Positions 10,907-21,866 of a stretch of 64,000 nucleotides of DNA are shown piece by piece. The translations under genes and the position numbers were made by a program. Below the pieces are notes generated by a model that worked only from the letters and a program-made list of their open reading frames with translations, did not search any database and was not told the origin of the DNA. Each line of letters opens with the position of its first letter. Position 1 is the first letter of the stretch. This DNA is from a virus. The DNA lies in the IMG/VR virus record IMGVR_UViG_3300037484_000374, positions 64,001-128,000 of that record. One strand, written 5' to 3'.

Positions 10907-11353
10907 ATGACAAATAATTACTATATTAACAATTCAGAATTAGCCACAGAATTAGAATTTTTTAAAAAAACCTGTCAGTATAATAAGAAAGGTAAGTACG
11001 TAAAAGGAAAGATAAGTGAGGTTCTTGGTGAGATGATTTTAAGGATCGCCACCAACCTTGGGAATGATCGCTGTTTCGTAAACTATACATGGAAAAGTGA
11101 TATGGTTGCCGAGGCTGTTTTTACCTGCGTTAAATACCTACACAATTATGACAAAGAAAAAAGTGGGAACCCGTTTGGTTATATCACCATGATATGCAGA
11201 CATGCTTTCCTTAACTTTATCGCAAAACAGAAGAAACACGCAAAGATTAAAGATGTTTGTTTTAATTCTGTTGATGAGCTAATCGAGGAAGAAAATGAAT
11301 CCTATGCTCAGAGGTCAATAAATTATTCGATTTTGAAGATATCGAAAAAATAG
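10907..11353 (+). CDS. gp55: Late-transcription sigma factor gp55
   Basis: YYINN.EL...LGEMILRIATNL...FVNYTWKSDMVAEA...NPFGYITMICRHAFL..IAKQKK. Confidence 0.92.
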   Translation: MTNNYYINNSELATELEFFKKTCQYNKKGKYVKGKISEVLGEMILRIATNLGNDRCFVNYTWKSDMVAEAVFTCVKYLHNYDKEKSGNPFGYITMICRHAFLNFIAKQKKHAKIKDVCFNSVDELIEEENESYAQRSINYSILKISKK

Positions 11354-11365
11354 GAGATATGTAAC

Positions 11366-12241
11366 ATGCCAATGAAAATACTTGGTGCAAACGGTCTTAT
11401 CGGTGGAACACCAGAATCATTAGATAACATTCCAAGCAATGCTGTAAACGATGGTGACTTGGCATTAGTATTGAATGGTGAAGAATGGAGTTTTTATATT
11501 TTAGATGGTGATAACGGCGGTGCCGAAACATTACCAAATATAATTGTACCAGATGATATTATTCCAATTGGATCATCACCAAAGCGTTGGAAATTGATTG
11601 GTGGTGGCGAGAACACCGCAAATGTAATTATTCAATCCGGTTCAGGTCTTTTCACAAATATTATCACTGCCCCAGGAGATGATCTTCATATTACCTCATA
11701 TGAAAATGGTGGTATTACCATCAACAACGCAGGTGATTTAATTGTTGAGAATGATGCATATTTTGAAGAGGATATTTATGTTGACGGTCAAATAATATCA
11801 ACGAACACTACTCAAGCACCGATGATTGTTTCATCGAGCATTATGGTTGTTGGATTGAACACAGAGTTTGTCGGTGGGGTTGGTGGTGATGATCTAATGA
11901 CCAGAGATGGTTCAAGGACTTTTTCAGCACCAATCGTTGGAGTTACCCCAACAGCACCGACTCATTTAGTAACAAAAGCGTATTCGGATGCTCATGGTAC
12001 TGCTTTAAGGGGCACTGAAAGTATACCAAGTGGGGTATCAAGTTTGAGTGTTACATTCTCATCGGTGTTGGCATCTGCAAACTATATAGTAATTACAGAA
12101 GTCACAAACGTTGTTGATGCAATACCATCTGTTTATGCCAAGGTGGTTACAGATAAACAGACCACTGGTTTTACCATCGATTTCAGTGATACTATTGACA
12201 GTTCAAACTATAAACTACAGTATTTGGTTGCCCTGTTGTAA
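11366..12241 (+). CDS. Virion structural/tail-fibre-like protein
   Basis: TRDGSRTFSAPIVGVTPTAPTHLVTKAY and a C-terminal H-type-lectin-like segment, as in phage fibre proteins. Confidence 0.55.
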   Translation: MPMKILGANGLIGGTPESLDNIPSNAVNDGDLALVLNGEEWSFYILDGDNGGAETLPNIIVPDDIIPIGSSPKRWKLIGGGENTANVIIQSGSGLFTNIITAPGDDLHITSYENGGITINNAGDLIVENDAYFEEDIYVDGQIISTNTTQAPMIVSSSIMVVGLNTEFVGGVGGDDLMTRDGSRTFSAPIVGVTPTAPTHLVTKAYSDAHGTALRGTESIPSGVSSLSVTFSSVLASANYIVITEVTNVVDAIPSVYAKVVTDKQTTGFTIDFSDTIDSSNYKLQYLVALL

Positions 12242-12373
12242 TATTTATTATAGAACAAAACCTCTGACGCTTCTCATAAGAACAGCTGTAACAGCGGCGG
12301 TTATTTTTAGGGTGGTGGTTTACACTTCACCTTATTTTTAGTATAATGTGTGTATATAATTTGGAGAATGTGA

Positions 12374-13384
12374 ATGAAATTTATCTTGTTAGCAGACCCA
12401 CATAGTGGGGTCAAAAAAGCAAACGATCATTGGCTTGATTTGTTTTTAGTTTTATACTCACAGATATGTGAAGAGGCCAAGAAAAGAAGCATCAAGCATT
12501 TCATATGCGTTGGTGATCAATTCCATAACCGCAGTTCTATCTCTGTAAAAACCCTATCAAAGAATGTTAAAGTTAGAAGATTACTACAGGATACATTTGA
12601 TGAGTCTTATTTTATTGTGGGAAACCATGATATGTTCTATAAGGATCAACACATGCCATCGGCACTGGAAATATTCTCTGATCACAAAGGCATTACTATA
12701 GTTGATAAACCAACAACCCTCGACAAAAATATCGTTCTTGTCCCTTACTTATTTGAGAATTCTATTTTCAAAACCCCCAATATTGATTTTATGATCGGCC
12801 ATTTTGATATTAATGGTATCAGATTGAATAAATCAGGGGTAGAGTCAAAGGGCTTCACATTAAACCAATCAGACTTCAAAAAATATAAAAGAGTTTTCTC
12901 AGGCCACTTCCATACAAAAGGTGATTATGGGAACATACACTATCTTGGTTCACCATACCATATGGAATTCGGTGACGATGGGGCACGGGGGTATTATATA
13001 TTTGATACCGAAACAAACGAGTTAGAGTTTATAGAGTTTTCCGATGCACCTAAATTTGTTACTGTTACCCATGATCAATTGACCGGACGTGAAGATGTCA
13101 ATGGTAACATAGTAAAACTTGTATTCACTGAGGACATAGGGACCAACGAGTCACAAAAGATTATCAACCAGATGAATGAATGGGAGCCACTACAGCTAAT
13201 CCCAAAATTCGACTTCGATAAAAAATTCACCAATACCAAACAAATAGAGGGAGAAGAGGTAGTCATAAAAGATAACAAGGAACTATTAAAGGGGTATATA
13301 GAAGAATCAGGTATACCAGAAAATTTAAATAAAACAGTTCTCTTAGATATAATTGATACTTTTTATAAAGAGTTGGTGCAATAA
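12374..13384 (+). CDS. gp47: Recombination endonuclease subunit (Mre11/SbcD-like) gp47
   Basis: ADPH, GDQFHNR, VGNHD, GHF and SGHFH phosphoesterase motifs; adjacent to gp46. Confidence 0.92.
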   Translation: MKFILLADPHSGVKKANDHWLDLFLVLYSQICEEAKKRSIKHFICVGDQFHNRSSISVKTLSKNVKVRRLLQDTFDESYFIVGNHDMFYKDQHMPSALEIFSDHKGITIVDKPTTLDKNIVLVPYLFENSIFKTPNIDFMIGHFDINGIRLNKSGVESKGFTLNQSDFKKYKRVFSGHFHTKGDYGNIHYLGSPYHMEFGDDGARGYYIFDTETNELEFIEFSDAPKFVTVTHDQLTGREDVNGNIVKLVFTEDIGTNESQKIINQMNEWEPLQLIPKFDFDKKFTNTKQIEGEEVVIKDNKELLKGYIEESGIPENLNKTVLLDIIDTFYKELVQ

Positions 13385-13387
13385 CTT

Positions 13388-13732
13388 ATGACACCAGAAT
13401 TATATCTTTTTATATGTGAAAAAGAATGTATATGTTGGATGTGTAATCTATCATATGTAAATATTAATTTCGAAAGAGTGGTTGTTAAAGTTCATATGAC
13501 AAACGACAATCACGATATTGAAGAAATAGAGAGGAGAAAAGACTTCCTGACATGGATAAGACCATCAGAATTAAATACGTGGTTGATAGATGAAATGCCT
13601 TTATATGAGTATGAACAATTACTCGATGCTTTATGGGATACTGAAAAAATCATACCATATATTGTTATAAAACGAATAACAGAAGGTAAGACAGATTACA
13701 AACACTTAGAGGAAATATATGGAACGAATTGA
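13388..13732 (+). CDS. Hypothetical protein
   Basis: ORF between gp47 and gp46. Confidence 0.55.
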   Translation: MTPELYLFICEKECICWMCNLSYVNINFERVVVKVHMTNDNHDIEEIERRKDFLTWIRPSELNTWLIDEMPLYEYEQLLDALWDTEKIIPYIVIKRITEGKTDYKHLEEIYGTN

Positions 13733-15914
13733 AATAGTAAAAATTGAATGGAGGAATTTTCTCTCGTATGGTAACCAGTGGTCATCGTATGAGTTTAAAA
13801 TCGGTGTTACTCTGATCAAGGGACATGATAACGACAAGAACAGATCAAACGGTTCCGGTAAATCATCGTTCCTAGAATCACTTGTTTTTGGTTTATTCGG
13901 TACAACCATAAAGCCCATTAAAAAATCTGGTATCGTTAACTGGACTAATAAGAAGGGTTGTGAGGTAATGGTCTATTTCAAAAGAGGTGTGAACGAATAC
14001 AAGATTCACAGGGGCTTAAAGCCAAATGTATTTGATTTCTATATCAATGGGGTAGTTCAACCAAAATTAGCAAAAGTAATCGACTATCAAATAATGATCG
14101 AAGAAGACTATCTTGGTATGGACTTCAAGACATTTAAAAATCTTGTTCATTCAAATCCCAATAACTCAATATCATTGTTCGACACACCGAAAGGTGAGAA
14201 GAGAGAATTTCTTGAAAAACTGTTTGACTTGGGAATGTTTTCTGAAATGAACAAACTCATAAATGATAAATTGCAAAAGATACAATCTGGAATTATTGAA
14301 GATACCAATAATATTGAGAGCAATAAAAGAGTTATCAATGTTTTAAACTCTGATATAGATGGGGTTGATAGACAGCTTGCTGATATTTTGATACGTGATG
14401 ACAGCGAACTTGATAAATTGGAAGAGGTTGCCAAGGAGATAATTACCCGTGGCGTGTATGATAAAGATGTAGATACAGAAAGGAAACAGCTTTTAGAGGA
14501 TAGTGCAGAATTAGGAAAAGCAAGAGCATTGTTTACTGAGGTTGACAACTACATCACAACACAGGAAAACGATTTAAAAGTAGCTAATCGTGATATTGAA
14601 AAAATAAACATTACCGACACCAAAACTTCCTTGGAAGTAAAGGAAACAAAATATAATACTTTAATCGCCGCCGATCTCCCAACAAGAAAGAAAAAGAACT
14701 TAGAGGAAGAGATTACCCTAAAGGGTGAGATAAAAAAAATAACAAATTATATTGTTGAAATTAAAGAAGTCATCGCTGGTAGCAGGGGTGAATTAAAAGC
14801 GTTCCCTGATCCTGAGAATATTAAAGGGAAACATAAATGCCCAACATGCTACAGTGACGTTGATTATGATCATATCAAGGTCGAAATTGAAAAACTTAAA
14901 AAACCTATTGAAGAGAATATCAACACCAATACCTTAAAAGAAAAAGAGTTAACAACTTTAAAAGCTGGTTTCGAAACACAGATCACAGATATTGAAAGTA
15001 AGATCAAAACAATAGATGGATATATCAGAGAATCTGAACAGTTAGCGATTGATATTGAGAGGATAAAGAATGAACTTTCTACAAAAGAAGCAGAACTTGA
15101 AGCCCTTGAAAAACAAAAAGTGATATACACCCAATCACTTGCAGAGAAATATTTAACACGAACACCATTGACAGATGAGTTAGCAAAAGCTAATGTCAAG
15201 TATGATGAACAACAACAATATATAAGGGATATAGAAAAAGATAAAACATTATATGAGTTTAATCGTGATCAATTGGCTTCTATAAAAGAGTCAAATGAAA
15301 AGGCTATAAAGCAAAAGGAACAAATTCAGGCAAACTACACAAAGAAGGTTACCGAGAGAGATGATCTTCAAGCAAATAACAATAAACTCATAGGTGGATT
15401 GAATAAAAATAATACCGCTAAAGATTATCTCTCTTATCTAAAAAATAGCTTGAAGGATGAGAATGTTAAGCAATATGCTATCAGTTCGATGATACCATTT
15501 ATCAACAGACAGACAAATCATTACTTGTCAGAGACAGGTCACTCGTTCTATGTGAATATCGATGGATGGCTTGATGCCCAGATAATGGGGCCAGGAGTTC
15601 ATGACTGTGAATATGGGAATCTATCTGGCGGTGAGTCAAAATCAATCGATCTGGCGATGAAATTCGCATGTAATGACGTTGCAAACCTACAATCTGTTGC
15701 GGCCTGTGATATCTTAATACTTGATGAGATACTTGATAGTAGTATTGACACACAGGGACTTGAACAACTTATTGATATAGTCCAAGTAAAACAGAAAGAT
15801 AATAATTTAAAAGTGTTTATAATATCACATAGAGATGAAGTTAATGATATCGTTTTCGACAACGAGATTTTGATCGAAAAAAAGAATGGTTTCAGCAATA
15901 TAAAGGAGTTATAA
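13719..15914 (+). CDS. gp46: Recombination ATPase (Rad50/SbcC-like) gp46
   Basis: NFLSYGN, Walker A NGSGKSS, CPTC zinc hook, LSGGE signature, LILDE Walker B. Confidence 0.95.
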   Translation: MERIEIVKIEWRNFLSYGNQWSSYEFKIGVTLIKGHDNDKNRSNGSGKSSFLESLVFGLFGTTIKPIKKSGIVNWTNKKGCEVMVYFKRGVNEYKIHRGLKPNVFDFYINGVVQPKLAKVIDYQIMIEEDYLGMDFKTFKNLVHSNPNNSISLFDTPKGEKREFLEKLFDLGMFSEMNKLINDKLQKIQSGIIEDTNNIESNKRVINVLNSDIDGVDRQLADILIRDDSELDKLEEVAKEIITRGVYDKDVDTERKQLLEDSAELGKARALFTEVDNYITTQENDLKVANRDIEKINITDTKTSLEVKETKYNTLIAADLPTRKKKNLEEEITLKGEIKKITNYIVEIKEVIAGSRGELKAFPDPENIKGKHKCPTCYSDVDYDHIKVEIEKLKKPIEENINTNTLKEKELTTLKAGFETQITDIESKIKTIDGYIRESEQLAIDIERIKNELSTKEAELEALEKQKVIYTQSLAEKYLTRTPLTDELAKANVKYDEQQQYIRDIEKDKTLYEFNRDQLASIKESNEKAIKQKEQIQANYTKKVTERDDLQANNNKLIGGLNKNNTAKDYLSYLKNSLKDENVKQYAISSMIPFINRQTNHYLSETGHSFYVNIDGWLDAQIMGPGVHDCEYGNLSGGESKSIDLAMKFACNDVANLQSVAACDILILDEILDSSIDTQGLEQLIDIVQVKQKDNNLKVFIISHRDEVNDIVFDNEILIEKKNGFSNIKEL

Positions 15915-16198
15915 TGAGAGTATTTGGAAACTACGATAAAGCAAAGGAAAGTTTAGATGCAAAGAAAAAATATTGGATAAATTCACGATGTCCTTTTAAT
16001 GGTAATTTATGTGGATCAAGTTGTGCATTGTTCCATTTGAGTAAAGATGAAAACGGTGAACCTCATTTTGTAATATTGGGATGCAAGGGAAAAGAGTTAC
16101 GAATTTATATTGACGAAACAATAGAATAAAAGTAACAACAGTGAGGACATCATCTTTTCACTTGACAAAATATTGATTTTGTGTTATAATTAAGTATT

Positions 16199-17260
16199 AT
16201 GAGTAAGAAACTAACATATGAATTTGTAAAGGAGAAAATTGAAAAGGAAGGGTATAAACTTTTAAGTAAGACATATAAAAATAATAAAAATAAATTAAAA
16301 GTAAAATGTCCAAAGGATCATGAGTCCAAAATAAGATTGAGTAATTTCCATTATGGTCAAAGGTGTCAAGAATGTCCTTCTTGTGCGATAGACAAAAGAA
16401 GACATTCATATGAGCATGTAAAGGAATTAATTGAAAAAGAAGGGTATACTCTTTTAAGTGAAACATATAAAAATAACAGAAAAAAATTAAAAGTAAGGTG
16501 TCCAGAAAACCATGTATATGAAACAACATATTATAGTTTTAAAAGCGGAAGGAGATGCCCAGAATGTGCTGGTAATAAAAAACTAACATATGAACATATC
16601 AAAGAACAGATAGAAAATGAGGGTTATGCCCTTTTAAGTAAAGAATATAAAAACGCCAATAATAAATTGAAAGTAAAGTGTTCTAAAGGACATAAATATA
16701 AAGTTAACTGGGGTCATTTTCAACAAGGTGTTAGATGTCTTGAATGTTCAGGTAGTAAGAAACTAACATATGAATTTGTAAAGGAGAAAATTGAAAAAGA
16801 AGGGTATAAACTTTTAAGTGATAGTTATAAAGATTCCAGAACTAAACTAAAAGTAAAATGCCCAGAAGGACACGAATACTCGGTTAAATGGAATAATTTT
16901 CAAATTGGTCAAAGGTGTCCAGAATGTTATGCTGAATCATCAATATCAAAACCTGAAAAGGAAGTTTTGGAATATGTTAAAACTCTTTACGGTGAAGTAA
17001 TTTCAAATGATAGGACTCAGATTGTCAATCCAGAAACAGGTTGTAATCTTGAACTGGATTTATGGATTCCAGAGTTGAATAAGGCAATTGAGTTTAATGG
17101 TGTTTATTGGCACTCATCATACTATACTAAAAGAAAAGACAAAATAAAGAAACAACAATGTGAAGAAAAAGGTATTGATTTAATGATAATTGATGAAGAA
17201 ATTTGGAACCTTAACAAAGAAAAATGTTTAGACAAAATTAGAGATTTTATATTAGTTTAA
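16199..17260 (+). CDS. Zinc-ribbon-repeat protein with C-terminal PD-(D/E)xK/Vsr-like nuclease (putative homing endonuclease)
   Basis: Four ~60-aa repeats (TYEFVKEKIEKEGYKLLS..C..GH..RCPEC) followed by ELDLWIPELNKAIEFNGVYWHS. Confidence 0.8.
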   Translation: MSKKLTYEFVKEKIEKEGYKLLSKTYKNNKNKLKVKCPKDHESKIRLSNFHYGQRCQECPSCAIDKRRHSYEHVKELIEKEGYTLLSETYKNNRKKLKVRCPENHVYETTYYSFKSGRRCPECAGNKKLTYEHIKEQIENEGYALLSKEYKNANNKLKVKCSKGHKYKVNWGHFQQGVRCLECSGSKKLTYEFVKEKIEKEGYKLLSDSYKDSRTKLKVKCPEGHEYSVKWNNFQIGQRCPECYAESSISKPEKEVLEYVKTLYGEVISNDRTQIVNPETGCNLELDLWIPELNKAIEFNGVYWHSSYYTKRKDKIKKQQCEEKGIDLMIIDEEIWNLNKEKCLDKIRDFILV

Positions 17261-17265
17261 AATAA

Positions 17266-17345
17266 GCGGGTATGATAAGCCAAGGGCATTGGTAAACTGG
17301 ACACCAGCCAGTAAATAAGGGGTTCGACTCCCCCTTCCCGCTCCA
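17266..17345 (+). tRNA. Atypical tRNA, Gly-like (possible ACC anticodon); identical copy at 49625-49704
   Basis: GCGGG acceptor, T-arm AGGGG-TTCGACT-CCCCT, U73 plus CCA, anticodon stem ACTGG/CCAGT with non-canonical loop ACACCAG. Confidence 0.6.
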
Positions 17346-17371
17346 AAAATAAAATAAAGGAGAAATATAAA

Positions 17372-17863
17372 ATGACAATGAGCAGATTTGAACCAGCCGA
17401 GCAACAAGTGTATGATATGGTGTTTTCAGTAATGAAGAGTGGTTTTCCACATTTGGATCAATCCGTTTTTCATATTGTATGGGACACTAAGAAAAGAGCA
17501 TCAGGGGGTAAACTTGTAGTTGCCCGTATTCAGAAAACAAACGACCTGTTGCGCCATTTAACACTTACAAATGACATGGTAGAGGCAGATTATATACTTT
17601 ATCTTGACAAACTCGTATTCGAGCATATAAGTGAGTTGGACAAGGTTCGTGTTATCCGACATGAGCTACAGCATTGTGACGTTGATTTCGAGAAGAAAGC
17701 ACCATATGGAATAAGGGATCACGAAATAACTGATTTCTTCGAGGAAATCCAGAAAAATGCTGACGATCCTCGATGGTGTGAGAGAGTTGATACCATTGCA
17801 GAATCACTATATGACAAAGAGGAAAGTGGTGAGCCGGTAGAGGAAGAAAAAGAGGAAAATTAA
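17372..17863 (+). CDS. Putative phage metallopeptidase
   Basis: RHELQH motif and downstream DHEI.DF. Confidence 0.65.
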   Translation: MTMSRFEPAEQQVYDMVFSVMKSGFPHLDQSVFHIVWDTKKRASGGKLVVARIQKTNDLLRHLTLTNDMVEADYILYLDKLVFEHISELDKVRVIRHELQHCDVDFEKKAPYGIRDHEITDFFEEIQKNADDPRWCERVDTIAESLYDKEESGEPVEEEKEEN

Positions 17864-18367
17864 TTGAAAAAGATATTCATAATAAATGGTGCGGCCAGAA
17901 GCGGTAAGGATACTTTTGTTGAGACTGTAAGAGAAGTGTCTGGTGTTATACTCCACAACATATCAAGTGTTGGGAATGTGAAGGAAGCGGCCACAATACT
18001 TGGATGGGATGGAAAGAAAGATGAAAGAGGTAGACAATTCCTTTCCGATCTAAAAGATATATCCTCTAAGGTTTATAATGGCCCGTTAAGTTTCATGTTA
18101 GCCAATGCGCTTTGTATAACCCAGGGTTTGATTTTTTTCCACATAAGAGAACCGGATGAAATAACAGAACTCAAGAAGAAATGTGAAGAACATTCTCTTG
18201 ATGTAAGCACAATACTGTTGAAAAGACCTGATATCACACAGTTCACTAATCACGCAGATCAGAATGTAGAGAATTTTGAGTATGATTATATAATCAATAA
18301 TGATGGTAGTATAAAAAAGTTAAAAAAACAAGTAATAACATGGTTCAAAGGTTTACAATTGCAGTAA
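17864..18367 (+). CDS. Deoxynucleoside monophosphate kinase-like P-loop protein
   Basis: INGAARSGKDT, GWDGKKDERGRQFL, NHAD, FEYDYIINNDG. Confidence 0.8.
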   Translation: MKKIFIINGAARSGKDTFVETVREVSGVILHNISSVGNVKEAATILGWDGKKDERGRQFLSDLKDISSKVYNGPLSFMLANALCITQGLIFFHIREPDEITELKKKCEEHSLDVSTILLKRPDITQFTNHADQNVENFEYDYIINNDGSIKKLKKQVITWFKGLQLQ

Positions 18368-18405
18368 AAAGTGTTATAATATAGTAAAGTAAATAGGAGA
18401 AAGGA

Positions 18406-19461
18406 ATGAGTATAGGTGAATTAAGGGATAGACTTCAAAAAGCATCTAAAGGAACACATGTAAGCATTCTCTCGGAGAGTACAATTGCAACAGAAAGAAA
18501 TTGGTTCCCAACCCCATCATATGATCTAAACAGGATATTATCAGGCTCTCTTTATAGAGGGATTCCGAGTAAATGTCTTGCGTTGCTTGTGGGGCCAGAA
18601 GCGTCTTTTAAATCATCCATGATGTGTTTATGTGCAGTAGAAGCTCAGAAACAGGGATACACTGTTGTTGTGATTGACACAGAAGGTGCGTGGACAGGGG
18701 ACTTCGTTTCAAGATGGGGTTTAGACGCTGAGAAAATGATATATATTTATACTCCTTGGATTGATGAGATTTTTGTCTTACTCGGTGATATAATCACAGC
18801 AAAGGATAAAAAACTTTGCTTGGTTCTTGATTCTCTCGGTGGTCTTGAGAAATTAAAATTAGTCAAAGACAGTAATGATGGAAAAGCAAAAGCAGATCAA
18901 GGGATGCTTCAAAAAGAAATGAAACGTATGCTAAAAATGATCCTTAACATTTGCAAGGGTCAGGATAGTTCAGCATTAATGTCAGGGCATTATTACGGTA
19001 ACCCTACTGGTTATGGTGATGCAGAACAGATTGGTGGTGGTAAGTTTGCAAAATTAGCCCCCGATATGATTGTATCGTTAAAGAAAACACAGCTTTATGA
19101 GAACCCCGCCGCTGCCGCAAAGGATAGGATAGTAATAGGTAATCAGATCAGAGCAATAACAATGAAGAATCGGTTCGCCCCCCCTTTCCAAGAGGCTACA
19201 GTACAAATAAACTACCATGATGGTATTAATAAATACGCTGGATTGGTTGATATGGCTTTAACATGTGATATTATCGTAAAGGGTGGTGCATGGTTTACAT
19301 TACCTGGTGGTAAAAAAGTTCAGGGTGAAAAGGCGGTTTTAGAGGCATTTGCCGAAAACCCAGATGAAATTCTTAGACAGTTAGAGGAGATTATAAGTAA
19401 AACAGGTTATTCAACCACCAATGAAGAGTTGAAACTTGCACAGGAGATTGTCAGTGAATAA
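18406..19461 (+). CDS. uvsX: RecA-like recombinase UvsX
   Basis: LNRILSG, GPEASFKS Walker A, IDTE, LDSLGGL, KNRF. Confidence 0.93.
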   Translation: MSIGELRDRLQKASKGTHVSILSESTIATERNWFPTPSYDLNRILSGSLYRGIPSKCLALLVGPEASFKSSMMCLCAVEAQKQGYTVVVIDTEGAWTGDFVSRWGLDAEKMIYIYTPWIDEIFVLLGDIITAKDKKLCLVLDSLGGLEKLKLVKDSNDGKAKADQGMLQKEMKRMLKMILNICKGQDSSALMSGHYYGNPTGYGDAEQIGGGKFAKLAPDMIVSLKKTQLYENPAAAAKDRIVIGNQIRAITMKNRFAPPFQEATVQINYHDGINKYAGLVDMALTCDIIVKGGAWFTLPGGKKVQGEKAVLEAFAENPDEILRQLEEIISKTGYSTTNEELKLAQEIVSE

Positions 19462-19759
19462 AGTAATGAAAGTTCTGAACAGTGAACCTCTTGAATGTGT
19501 AAAAGACTGTGAGTTTCTTTGTCAATTAGATCACGGCGACCATTGTGATTATCATAAAACAATGTTGGTAACTGTTGATGATAAGGTTATCCGATGCAGA
19601 CAATGTGAGCGTCATGAACATTATAAGATTCTCACCGACCATGTAAATAAAGTAATTGATAAATATAATTTCTTTGTAAAAGATATGGATGAAAAGATAG
19701 ATAGACTTTGCTACCTTGTAGACAGGGTTAACGAAAAAATATAAAAAAGGAGAGGTGAA

Positions 19760-20098
19760 ATGGCATTAGAAATGGGATTATATGTAATTGAGTATGACAC
19801 AAAACAAACGAGTTGGAAGGTAAACATCGCCGCTCATAGTTCAGAAGAGGCTGTAAAGTACCTAAAATCAAGGGTATCGAAAATTCTCAGAATAAAATCA
19901 ATGTCTATGAATAATAGGATTGATGCTATTACCAGTGAGATATTAAACAAACTTGCAAAAGTACAAACTCTCGAAGTGGAAAAAATAGTAAAGGTTGAAA
20001 ACACAGTCGAGGTTGTTAAAATGTTGTGCCCGTATTGTGATAGTGAATTTGCTTCCAAAAAGGCTGTGAAAGGTCATATTACAAAAATGCACAAATAA
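19760..20098 (+). CDS. Hypothetical protein with C-terminal C2H2 zinc finger
   Basis: CPYC...GHITKMH. Confidence 0.65.
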   Translation: MALEMGLYVIEYDTKQTSWKVNIAAHSSEEAVKYLKSRVSKILRIKSMSMNNRIDAITSEILNKLAKVQTLEVEKIVKVENTVEVVKMLCPYCDSEFASKKAVKGHITKMHK

Positions 20099-20112
20099 GT
20101 CAGAGAGATATA

Positions 20113-20985
20113 ATGTCTAAAAAGATAATACTGTATAATGTTAATGCAACATTAGCATTAGAGTTAAGCAAAGTAAACACAATAGTTCCTTTACAGAATA
20201 TTAACAAATCTGTTAATGTTGTTTTTATTGATTGGATACCTACGAGAAAAAAACCTAACAAGGAAATGATCGAACAGATTCAACTCACTGAATTTTGCGT
20301 CAAGAACAATATCAAACTTGTTATCTTCGACAGACATAGAGGTATAACAAACCAAGAGTTCTCGTATTTAAAGAAACACAGAACAGTATTCTTGGAACCA
20401 ACTATAATTAACAGGGAAGGTTTTTTATCCCACCCTCTTTGGTTAAGAGTTCCAAAAAGTTCAAAAGATATGAGCATCAAACCATTTCTTAATTCGAGGG
20501 AGTTTGATCTTGGTTTTGTTGGTGACTCCACTGGTAGGATCAGCGGGATAGATACATTTTTCTCAAAGATTAATGGATATGGTGATTATAATGTTACCAT
20601 AACATCGAAACAATTAAGTGATCTCAAGAAACTAGAATATGAAGAGTTTGGGATAGATACCGAAAAGGGTAGATACACACCACCAAACATGAGATTCACT
20701 GTTATCGTTGATACACCAGCTGCCTATACATCTGGGTTTATGAATTCCACTCTTATTACGGCATTGGAAAATAATGTTATTCCCCTGTTACCGGACGCTC
20801 ACAGGTTCTATCACTCCATGTTTCGTGGGTTTGTTGTTGAGAACGAAATGGATGTTGCTCGATGGCTTAATGTACCGGTTGAATCTGGGTTCGGATGCAC
20901 GGTGATGATGGCCGAAAATATATTGAAATACTTTCCAGAAATGGAAGTTAAAAACAATGCTAAAATACTGACAAAACACTTCTAA
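20113..20985 (+). CDS. Hypothetical protein, possibly a divergent GT-B glycosyltransferase
   Basis: REFDLGFVG and ALENNVIPLL resemble CgeB/GT-B C-terminal motifs; weak. Confidence 0.4.
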   Translation: MSKKIILYNVNATLALELSKVNTIVPLQNINKSVNVVFIDWIPTRKKPNKEMIEQIQLTEFCVKNNIKLVIFDRHRGITNQEFSYLKKHRTVFLEPTIINREGFLSHPLWLRVPKSSKDMSIKPFLNSREFDLGFVGDSTGRISGIDTFFSKINGYGDYNVTITSKQLSDLKKLEYEEFGIDTEKGRYTPPNMRFTVIVDTPAAYTSGFMNSTLITALENNVIPLLPDAHRFYHSMFRGFVVENEMDVARWLNVPVESGFGCTVMMAENILKYFPEMEVKNNAKILTKHF

Positions 20986-21155
20986 GAGGTATTAATGACA
21001 CGGGAAAAATTGTTGATCATACAACCAAATAAAGCTTGTATGTTTAAGGGTGTCTGTATATATTCAGAATCTAAATGTGGACCATGTAAAGGAATCGACC
21101 CAACAAGAAAAAACAATTTTTAAGTGTGAAATGTTTGAGATGATGTCAAGAGGAA

Positions 21156-21866
21156 TTGATTAACAAAGTGTTAACAGTAAAATTAAAAACAAATAATCCT
21201 AAAATATTATGTGTGACCCCTCTCAAAAACGGGGATACTGTTTCTAAACAGACAAAGGTGACGATAAAAAGAAATAAAATACCTTTTAATTGGATCACGT
21301 TTGAGGGGCCACACAATCCAGCAAAAAATATGGAACTTGGTTTACAGAAGTATAAAGAAACCTATGACTCCATCCCACCATATATAATCAAAATCGATAA
21401 CGATATAACCATGTCCAGAGGTATGTTGGACAAAATGTATAACACCATTGAAAACTGTAAATCAAAATTCGTTGCATATTGTTATTGTGGGTTTGAGTTC
21501 ACAGGTGCATTAACAAACAAGTTTCCGGTTGCTAATTTTGATGCCAGAAGATTACTGCAAGGGAATTATATATCTTTCATGTCCCTTATCAATTCAAATA
21601 TTCTCGAAAAGATTGGTGGGTTAGAAACAGATGATAGCATGTTCAGGCTCCTAGATTGGGCACTGTGGCTTAAATTTTTATACTATGGTCACATAGGCAT
21701 CCCATGTATAAACGCTGGATTTACGGCTTATGCAAGCCCTGATAGCGTGTCTGCCCGTGGACAAGAGGATTATACAGAGAAATATGTAGTTGTTAAAACC
21801 AAATGGATTGACCCTATCATAGAGAAATATTCAAAAAAAGAACCTACAAATAAAAAAACACCTTGA
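21156..21866 (+). CDS. Glycosyltransferase family 2-like protein
   Basis: KIDNDI DxD-like motif, GNYISFMSLI, RLLDWALWL. Confidence 0.75.
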   Translation: MINKVLTVKLKTNNPKILCVTPLKNGDTVSKQTKVTIKRNKIPFNWITFEGPHNPAKNMELGLQKYKETYDSIPPYIIKIDNDITMSRGMLDKMYNTIENCKSKFVAYCYCGFEFTGALTNKFPVANFDARRLLQGNYISFMSLINSNILEKIGGLETDDSMFRLLDWALWLKFLYYGHIGIPCINAGFTAYASPDSVSARGQEDYTEKYVVVKTKWIDPIIEKYSKKEPTNKKTP

